Assembly: GCF_009914755.1 (NCBI RefSeq)
Contig: NC_060935.1
Strand: one strand, 5' to 3'
DNA length: 64,000 nucleotides
DNA from: the human T2T-CHM13v2.0 reference genome, Homo sapiens
Both the position numbers and the translations under genes were made by a program. This document shows, one piece after another, positions 55,170 through 64,000 of the stretch. Within the stretch, counting starts at the first letter, position 1, and each line of letters starts with the position of its first letter. The notes beneath the pieces are model-generated. The model was given only the letters and a program-made list of their open reading frames with translations, did no database searches and had not been told where the DNA came from.

Positions 55170-55250
55170 TTAGGCCACACCCTCTTTGCAGTGAGACCCG
55201 CGGCCGCTGATTGGCGCACCGTGGACCAATGGGCGCGCCGGGGCGGCCCC
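55170..55250. promoter_or_regulatory. Proximal promoter: KLF CACCC box, two oppositely oriented CCAAT boxes, GC box
   Basis: GGCCACACCC 55173-55182; ATTGG 55210-55214; CCAAT 55226-55230; GGGGCGG ~55240. Confidence 0.7.
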
Positions 55251-56148
55251 GGCTGTCAGCGCGCGCCGCAGCAGCGCCGGCAGCAGCCTGTCCTCCCCTG
55301 CGCTGAGCCCCGCAGCCAGCGCAGCCTTCCCGGGAAGCGCGGCGGCCGCTCCCGAGCGCAGCCCTGCCCGGCCCGCCAGCCGCGCGTCCCGGCGCCCGCG
55401 CCCCACGGCCACAGCCTTGCCTCTATCTAGCTCACGGAGCATGTGCAGACCCGCAGGCGCTAAGGTGCTCTCAGTCCGGGGGCCTTCTGGGCAGCGGTGA
55501 CTGTCACCCCAAGAGAGACCTTTCGGGGGCTCTTGCCGCACCTCTGCTGCGTCGCGGGTGACACTGCGGTGCTCGCGAGCAGGGTGGCAGCTGCCTCTCG
55601 GTGGAGACGTCTTGGGACCCTTGCGCCCTTCTTCTCTCCTTCCTTCGCTGCTGTCTCCTTTCCTTCCTTGGCTGCTCGCTCTTTCTCTCGCCGGCTCAGA
55701 CCCGTAGCCTCCGGAACGGGACTCGTGGGTCGCCGCCGCCTCTGTCTCTTCCAAAGGGGCCTCCTCACTTCGGAGATGCAGTGACAAGTTAATATGGGCG
55801 TCCAAGCCTCTGTTTCCCAGGAGGAAATTTGCAAGAGGCGGCAGCCCCTGAGCGCCCAGAGCTCTTGAAAGGCCACCCAGGAGAGGTGTGAGACCCGGCG
55901 GCAGCATCCGTCCAGGTGGGACCCGCTGAGCGCCGTGGCCAGTCCCCCATTCCCATCCCGGCACCCCAAAGGCGCGCTCGCCCGATTGCTTCGAGTTCCC
56001 CGACCTGGGGATTTTTTTTTTAGCCGCTGGTGGTGGGCGCCTCGTGGGCTAAGGCCCGGCGCCTGCTCTGCTACCCGCGCTGCCTTTAGCGGTCGCCCCC
56101 GCCGCCGCTGCCAGGGACGTGCTGGGAAAGCCCAAGCCCCGGGAGAAG

Positions 56149-56415
56149 ATGCCGGCCATCCTGGTCGCCTCCAAAATGAAGTCGGGACTGCCCAAACCCG
56201 TGCACAGCGCCGCGCCCATCCTGCACGTGCCCCCGGCCCGGGCGGGCCCCCAGCCCTGCTACCTGAAGTTGGGAAGCAAGGTGGAGGTGAGCAAGACCAC
56301 CTATCCTAGCCAGATCCCCCTGAAATCGCAGGTGCTGCAGGGGCTGCAGGAGCCAGCGGGGGAGGGGCTCCCGCTGCGGAAGAGCGGCTCGGTGGAAAAC
56401 GGGTTCGATACCCAG
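56149..56415 (+). CDS. NAV2: NAV2 first coding exon (89 codons, phase-0 donor); protein continues into the CH domain in downstream exons outside this window
   Basis: ATG at 56149 (aagATGc) translates MPAILVASKMKSGLPKPVHSAAPILHVPPARAGPQPCYLKLGSKVEVSKTTYPSQIPLKSQVLQGLQEPAGEGLPLRKSGSVENGFDTQ, which I recognise as the human NAV2 N-terminus; ends at CAG|GTGAGA; lies in a CpG island. Confidence 0.96.
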
Positions 56416-56421
56416 GTGAGA
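56413..56421 (+). other. NAV2: 5' splice donor of the NAV2 exon (CAG|GTGAGA); the rest of the window is intron
   Basis: Consensus donor exactly where NAV2 similarity ends (...DTQ). Confidence 0.93.
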
Positions 56422-58699
56422 GATGCCGTTTGCCGGGGTACTGTTCTGGAAGGATGGATGAATAGTTCTTTCGGGATGGTGTGGGAGAAAGGGCTGGATG
56501 GGAGAAGGGTCTACCATGTGGCCAGGGAAGGGAACCATTCCCCTTAGGCCGGCAGGTTGGGGGATGCGCGAGGAGAGTGGGCCGGCCGGTGGGTGTGGCC
56601 CGGGTGCCGGAGGTTTGCCTTAAGAGCTCTTCGAGACCTGGGATGGCGGGCACGTCTGCAGCATCTTCCTGGGGAGGAGGAAAGGTCGGGATGTTCTCAA
56701 AAAACGTGTGCATCGCTGGAAATGTGAGGTCCTGCATGTTGAGGTCTTGGCCCCAAGAAGCCAGTATCCGCAGCAGCAGCTGTGTGTCTGTCTGGCGGTT
56801 CCGCAGAGATTCTGTTCCGGACAAGGAATGATCTAAGGCCCCATTGGGTTCGACGCCCCCTAGCCTGGCTGTAAGATCCAGGAAGAAAAGGGGATCGCGG
56901 GTGGCAGTGAACCTGCTCTTCCCTTGGCTTGAAGATGACCTGTCCCTGCCCCATCCTGCGGGGTGACGGGATTCCGGGCAAGGTGCTGGGACTGCGGTAC
57001 TAGTGCACCAGCTGAGGCCGGCAGCTGGAGACTCCTAGCGCCTTGGCTGGCTGTTGCGGTGGGGGTGGGGGTGGAGGTGGCTGCCTCAGAATGGCGGCCG
57101 AAGCTAAGCCCCTCCTTCCTGGGTGGTAGATCCTGGTGTTGGTAGCCCGAGTGACGGGGCGTGGGGATGGGAGATGGCTTGAAGAGAATTGGTGACTCCT
57201 ACCTTTCCAGACAGAGCCTGCATCCAGACAAGCCCTGGCCGTGCAATCTCTTTTACAGAAATTAGCAAGGGCCAATCAGGTTCTCTTGGTCCTCCCCGCT
57301 CCATTTCCCCCTTCTTCTGGTAGGAGGGGGCTATATTTTCTTGGCAGTCAGTCAGCAGGGACTTTTGGGGACAGGCCGACCTGACGGATGTGACTGTCCG
57401 GTTAGGAGAGGCGGGAAGCCAGAGGGGAGGTGGTTTGGGGCTGGTGTCAGGAAAATGGCAACAGACCAGCTGACCTTTTTGGCACATACTTCCCTGCTGA
57501 CACCATCTCCACCTTCTCCTGGAGCTTTCTCTGATCAGAGGCTAGAGCTCAACACGTTCCTAGGCTTTCTGATGCGGGAACTGGAGCTGAAGCTAATTGT
57601 AAGCAGACTTTTGGAACTCTGGGCTGGAGAAGGCCCTCAAAGCAGATTAAGCTCCCACACCAGGCTGATAAGCATGCCCCTTGCTGCTGCACTTGCTAAA
57701 CATTTTTGGAAGCTGACAGGTTTGAGTGATGGTGTGTGGGAGGAAGGCAAGATTTCCTCCAGTGCTCCGGGGGCCTGCCTCTGTGAGGGTTTTGTGCTCT
57801 GCTCTTCTTCTGTTGTTACGTACAGGATTTGTCCAGTGGGCTCTGCCATGGGGGTGAGCACCAGGGTACACTTCTGCATGGGGTTTCCCTTCATCCATGG
57901 ACTTGGGGTTTATGAGGTGTAGTGGGCAGTCGGTGGGAGGTCAGTACAGTGACTCGGGACTGGAGGTGACACATACCCTCGAGCCTGATGAGGAGCACCC
58001 GAGGAATGAGAGGGAAAGTCCATGCTGGGATTGTTCATATCCAGGCAGCTGTTCTGCCTTTGCCCGTTTGACCCTTCATTTAACAAACATTGTCAGAGGA
58101 CTGGCAGTGCATAGGCTCTGGAAAGGTGATTCATCACCCTGTCCGTGAAAAAAAATGTTCTTCAGCTTCTCTCTGAGGGGCTGGAACAGTCCACTTCCCT
58201 CAAGACTTTGCTTCCCTCTTTTGCCCTTGGTCCATAATCCCCCCATTTCACCTCTCTCGCCCTCAATGGGCCCTTGTGTACTGATGGTGAACATAGTTTG
58301 GATGGACTGCTAAGGAAATTGGCCACTTCCAGTGGACTACCCTGATTTTTACCTGCCTGCCCTCGTTTGCCAGTGCCCAGGGGTTCTGGGGGCTCTTCCC
58401 TGTGGCAGATCCCTGTCTGCACAGCTGACATCAAAGTGATTTTGGCCAATGGGATTTTACCTTCTTTGCCAGGGCTTCTCCCACAGTCTGCCTGATAGGA
58501 TACCCATTCCCCCTCCAAAACAGTCTCTTGGTTATGGCATGAGGACTGTGTCTGACTGGCCATCTGGTAGTTTCCAGGTCCCAAATTTGGTATATATTAT
58601 TAGAAGATACTCAGGAAACAATGAATTAAATGGCAAATGCTCTCTTGGGGCCCCTGACTCCCCTTTTATTCAGGGGATTTTTGGCAGGAGATTGGGTTG

Positions 58700-59480
58700 T
58701 GTAGTGGCTGATAACATAGCTTTTAAAGTCAGATGGGTATCGCTGGTGTCTTGCGTCTGTCATATACTAGCTAGGTGACCACCTTGATTAATTTCTTTGG
58801 GCTTTAGTGTTCTCATCTATTAAAAAATGAGCATGAACAACCATTAGAGTTGTGAGCATTAAGAAAAATAACGTAAAGTGTTCAGTGCAGTGTCTGGCAA
58901 ATAAGGAACACTTAATAAAAGTAGCTATTTATATTGCTAACCTAAGAGATGGGGCATGCTGAATCAACATTAATAGCCCGTAAATGAGAAAAGATATGGC
59001 TTATTCTCTCAAGCCCCTGGAAAGGTATCAATCTGTTCCAAGGATCTGTAGAACATCTATCACCTTTCTAGTACAGTACCAGGCAGAACGGGAAGATGAG
59101 GGAAGGGCATGTCCACTTTCTGAGTGCCTGATGGGTGAGGCTCTTTACATATAATCTCATTTCATCTTTACAGAAACACTTAAATCAGGTCTGATACATC
59201 CATTTTCTATGACAGTAACAACATGGTAACAATAATAACAATGGTAATAATGGCCAAATCCTTATATATCACTTTCTATGTGCCAGGAATTGTTCTAAGG
59301 ACTTTACATTAAAAACTAATTTTATTCTTATTACAATCAAATGAGATAAATGTTATTATCCCCATTTTACACATATGAAAACTGAGGCAAAGACCAGTTT
59401 GGTAACTTTGTGAGTAGCAAAGGTAGAATTAGAACTCGGGCAGTCTGGCACTAGATCCCATGTCTTTAACCATGATATTG
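58700..59480. mobile_element. Cluster of MIRs (+ ~58700-58935; - ~59100-59480)
   Basis: MIR bodies, core CCCCATTTTACACATATGAAAACTGAGGC. Confidence 0.75.
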
Positions 59481-62400
59481 TACAGGGAGAAACACAGAGA
59501 CTGTCTTAGAACTTGCAGGCCCTGATTTATAAGACCATTGCTGTAACCATTGAGCTAGATGAGGCTTAGCAAGGTACAGCCACTTGCTCTCGGTCATCCA
59601 GGGTGGCAGGGCAGGGAGTCCAGCAAGGTTGGTCTGGCTTTGAGGCCTGCGGTCTTCCCACTCTTCATTGCTTTCTTTTTCCATCCTGCTCTGGCAGATC
59701 TACGAGGCAAATAGGACATGGCCTGGGCCTTGGGGATTTTATAATCTAGTTGGGAGGCATAACTGATATACACAGGGCAACAGGGCACAACACAGGGAGG
59801 CCTCAGAGGCATGCTTGGGGCTGGGTATCCAAGGTGCTCAAAGGAAAGGCCAAGATGGCTGGAGAAGTCCAGAGAGCCTCTGGAGGAGACAGAAGATGAG
59901 CTGAATTTTGGAGATGGGAAGGACAGACTGGTGGGGAGGAGAGGAAGTCAGAATGAATGTGATAGTGGAGAATGAAGAGCAAGGTCATGCAGTGGTACCG
60001 AGCAGTTGATGTTGCTTCATGCAACAAGTCATTGCTCCAGATCTGACATCTTCCCTTTCAAAAGGTGATGAAGAGAAAGAACAAAGGCTTTGCAGCTGAA
60101 GGATTGGATTTGCATGTTGGCTTCCTGGTGGATCATCATTCTGAATGTGCAGGGTAGTTGTGAGAAGATCCGGAGAGGGTGTCCGTTAAGGACCTGATTC
60201 AGATTCATAACAGATCATTGGGAAATGATGGTGATTATTATTTTTAGCTTGGGGTTCAGAATATTCAACGTGGTAGTTACAGGGGAAAGGAGGCTATTCT
60301 GACACCTTGTTTTATTATGCAGCAACTTTCTTCAGCCAGTGACATCCCATTGCCCCTAAGCCTGCTCTTCATCTCCATCAAGTGTGAAAAGACCTAACTT
60401 AGCCAGCAAGTAGCTGTTAGGTACAGCCCTACTGTCACCCACCCTTCCTCCAGGCCCCTTACCTTGAGTCTCTCCCATAAACCTACAGCTGGTTCTCCCC
60501 CACCCACCCCCACCCTTCCCAGTGCAGGAAACTGTGTTCTGCAGCAGCAGCACACCTCCCCTGAATTACCTTCCTGGGACTGAGATACCTGTGCCTTCCC
60601 CCAAGTATGAACATTTATAGCATCTGCTCTGTTAACATGTGAATAAATTAGGACCATGTGCAGAGAGCTGTTTTAAAGACACGCTCTGTGTTTGTTCAGA
60701 AACTCTCTCTGGCTGACCTTCAGATAAGTAACATGCCTGAGCTATTTGAGGAGACATTAGCCTATTTTTAAGAAGCAGTTGCAAGGAAAAAAAGAAAAAA
60801 TATATACATATATAAAATATTTTGATATTTCCTGTTTTTAGCAGCTGGTGTTCAAGTTGCACCTAGTTTTTTTAAAAAAGTAATTAGAAGTGATTGAACT
60901 TCTCTGTGGGTGTTTTAGATGTTGAAAAAGAAAGCATAGAGGAGGCCCCTGGGAAGAGAGCGCAGCTCTAAGCTTACAACCTGTGGCAACTTTGCTCCAT
61001 TGTGTTTTGATTAGAATCCTTGCTCCATCATCAAAGGTGATTATGGATTTGATTAGTGCATTTTTCTGCTATTGTGTTACTCCCTTTCTTCTCTTTCTCA
61101 GTTCTTGGAGGGGAATGTATAGCATGGTTATCTGCCAACATGCAAGAATGTTTATGGTTCACATATTATTGCTTACTCCATGGGTTAATTTTCTAAAGAC
61201 ACTTTAAGGGTGGTACTGGTGGCTTATTCAGGGTAACATTACATGTGTATATATCTGTATATAAATACATCTACTTCTGGATATGTGTATATATGCATAT
61301 ATACACACAGATAACACAAATATATACACATGGAACAGCTTAAAGTATTGAGCACATATAAGCACACACACACATCAAAGGGGAGGCTGGAGGAGTTACG
61401 GCCCAAATTCTAGCTTTCAGAATAGCTAGGTTTGCTTTCCATTTCTCATTCTCTCTTCCTCTGTGACCAAGATCTGAAGCACCAAATCTGGGTCCCATAT
61501 TATTTACTTATAAGATATAAGGGATGTAGCCTTCAGAGAGGTGTTTTCATGAGGCCCCAGTGGAACTCTTGGAACCATTCTGAAAAAGTCAAACCACCCA
61601 GCGAGATTTTGGCTTAAGGTCAGAAATTCTTAGTTCTCAGAATCCGCCTCAGCAGCAGGGAAGGGAACATTTATGGAGCATCTGCTATGTGCCAGGTAGT
61701 CTGCGGAGCTCTTTATATAGATATTATTTAATGTGAGGCACAAGAAGCTGGATAAAATGGAAAACGGTCTGTGCATTTTTTGTGAGAAAGCAGAGGCCAA
61801 GGGAGGTTATCACTTGGAGGCAGTTTTACGTGGTAAATTCGACTTTATTGAGAGGTCAGAGTTTGCATCTAGGCTTTGGGCAAATTATAGAACATCCCTA
61901 AACTTCAGTTTTGTCATCTTTGAAGCAGAAATGGTGATGCTTATAGGTTGGGGGTGAGGGTTCAGTGAGATATTCCAGGTAGGTTCCTGAACACAGTGTA
62001 TGGCACATACTAAGCTAGGAATATATAGTATTGCCTATTTTTGTTACCTAAGGTCAGATCCAAGTTTGGAAACTATGTCTGCCTCATTCCAAGCTCACGT
62101 TCTTTCCACCCTACCTCTCTGCCTCCCAAGTACGCAGCTGAGTACATGAAAAGACAGACGGCTTGCACCATGAAAGTGGAGGGCATAGCAGGGCTTTGGT
62201 TAGATGAATGGGTAAATTAAGAACAACGTCATCCAAAGAAGTCATATCTCGAGTTGTTAATTGAAACCTTCACAGGTTGGTCCCAGACATGCCATCTTTA
62301 TAACAGTAACCAAGCTGAGGGATCCGCTACAAACCAAACTTGTGGGAAGCTTCCTTTGTACAACTAGTCTGAACTGGCACTGTAGAGGTGGTTGAGTGGA

Positions 62401-64000
62401 GCCGGCCAATCTGAGGGCCTAGCCCAGGACAGGACCAAGAATGGAACATTTTCATTGACTGGGCTTCTTAATGGTTCCTCATTGTTCTGAGGGCAGAAGG
62501 AAAGCCCTTTTTTCTCCCAGCAGGCATGGTTGTAATGAGAGCTGGACCTTGTGATCAGTTGGCCATTAAGGTGCCCCAAGGCATGGCCAGCTGCCCAATG
62601 GTGCTTTACCAATAACCACAGGCCAAATTCAATGACTATTCTGTCTCTTGGTCACATTTTTCAAAGAGATGGACAATGTGTTCCTAGAATGGCTTGGGCA
62701 GAATGGGCCATGTGATTTTGGGAACAAAACTTAGCTAGGCTTTTTGTGCTTTAATCTACACAAGACAATAGTGAGTGACACAAAGTTTTTTGCAGGAACC
62801 CCCATTCGCCCACACAGAGCCAGAGAATGACTCATGGCTTAGTGCCCCCTTTCCCAGGGAATACAGATCCTCTCTTGTGTTTTGCAAACAATGGGCCCCC
62901 AGCCTCAGAATATTTTGCCTCTTCTTCCAAGTGAAACCTCAACACCTTCAGTGAATTTTGGGTTATTCCAATCCTTCCGTTCATCTTGGTGGGACAGAGG
63001 ATAGGGTAGAAATGGGGTCTTAGTCAAGATAATTGTGATCCCACTTTCAGCGGTCTTTGGAAGACTTTGAACAAAATTAGCTACTCATGGCAATGTGGCA
63101 CTTTAAAAATAATTATAATACTAGTCACGGATATCGATTGAGCACAGCCTCTGTATCAGCATAATGCATAGCACCAGATATGTATCATTCATTTAATCCT
63201 CACAACATCCCATGAGGTAGATGCTACTTCCTGAAGAGAACTGGAAATGACCACTCTAGGACTTAGCAACTTTGGTTCTAATTCTGTCTCTTTAGTCACC
63301 TTGCTACATGACCTTCAACAAATCACATTTTCTTTCTGAGCTTCAGTAGCCTCACCTATAAAATGGAGAAGATAGTACCTGCTGTACCTTCTTTGAAGTT
63401 ACTATGAAGATTAACACAGGTAATTATTGTGAACAAGGCACCTGTTTAAGCATCTTACACTTTAGGTAGCCCTTGAGGAAACCAGGGCTGACAGAGGTGA
63501 AGCTACTTTTCCAAGGAGCACAGCTGGTAGGTAGACCCAAATATTTGAACGCTTATCTGTTTGACCTTTGAAGTCAACCTTCTTAAATAGCAAGTGTGAA
63601 AGCACTTTGAAAAAATATCTGAAAAAATGCTGTTACTACTGAGTCTAAGTAAATCACTTTCAAATTTCCTTTAGCTTGGTAATACATATGCCATTTGACT
63701 CCTCCCCCTGCCCTAGAGTTTGGAAATATTGAAAATACTCTTTCAATGTTAAGTAAGTATTAGTTGCTTATAGTTGCTTAATCATATTGGTTGAACCCTT
63801 TTGGGATGTTTAAAATTTCAAGTCCTCTGAGGCCACAAGGCCCACTAAACGTCATTGTTGAGTGTTAACTGGCCGGGCTGATTCTAGACAGAGGAAGGAG
63901 AAAATGAGGAATTTGATTCAAAATCACTTGTTGGCATGAGGAAGCAATCAGATAAGTTTAGATTATGAATCATTATTTAAGACAACAGGCCAGGGATCTT

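Larger units (their letters stand above)
53387..57050 (-). ncRNA. Probable antisense lncRNA overlapping the NAV2 promoter/exon (recalled as LOC100126784/LEISA1-type); boundaries uncertain
   Basis: Recollection of annotation at this locus, not verifiable here; minus-strand AATAAA (TTTATT 53403-53408) supports a 3' end near 53387. Confidence 0.45.
54800..57100. promoter_or_regulatory. CpG island spanning NAV2 promoter, 5' leader and first coding exon
   Basis: Abrupt rise in GC and CpG density versus CpG-depleted flanks; boundaries approximate. Confidence 0.92.

Noticed and set aside
55170-55964. 264-aa antisense ORF (and overlapping 124-172-aa ORFs across the CpG island)
   Set aside because: GTG start, low-complexity Arg/Ala/Gly/Pro composition and no recognisable domain; long open frames are expected in GC-rich DNA
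56416-56547. C-terminal extension of the 142-aa ORF beyond ...DTQ
   Set aside because: Read-through into the intron past a consensus donor
57341-57922. 193-aa ORF in the intron
   Set aside because: Non-ATG start, no homology recognised, no convincing exon boundaries

Overview
Primate, most likely human, genomic DNA from the NAV2 (neuron navigator 2) locus. The only supportable protein-coding sequence is the first coding exon of NAV2 (+ strand, 56149-56415, MPAILVASKMKSGLPKP...ENGFDTQ, followed by a GT donor). It sits in a CpG island with a CCAAT/KLF/GC-box promoter and a long GC-rich leader containing three uORFs. The ~55 kb upstream is non-coding; from recalled annotation it is intron 1 of a distal-promoter NAV2 isoform. 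It is dominated by ancient and primate repeats: a very high density of MIRs, L2, several Alus with target-site duplications, L1 3' ends, MaLR/ERVL solo LTRs, hAT MITEs and a Tigger3-type element. An antisense lncRNA over the promoter is plausible. I found no convincing previously undescribed gene system, and the other ORFs in the track look spurious. The best leads are regulatory: an AP-1/TEAD/STAT/FOX motif cluster, candidate retinoic-acid response elements, uORFs, a possible recursive splice site, and unusual Alu insertion architectures. Repeat boundaries and subfamily calls were made by eye and are approximate.
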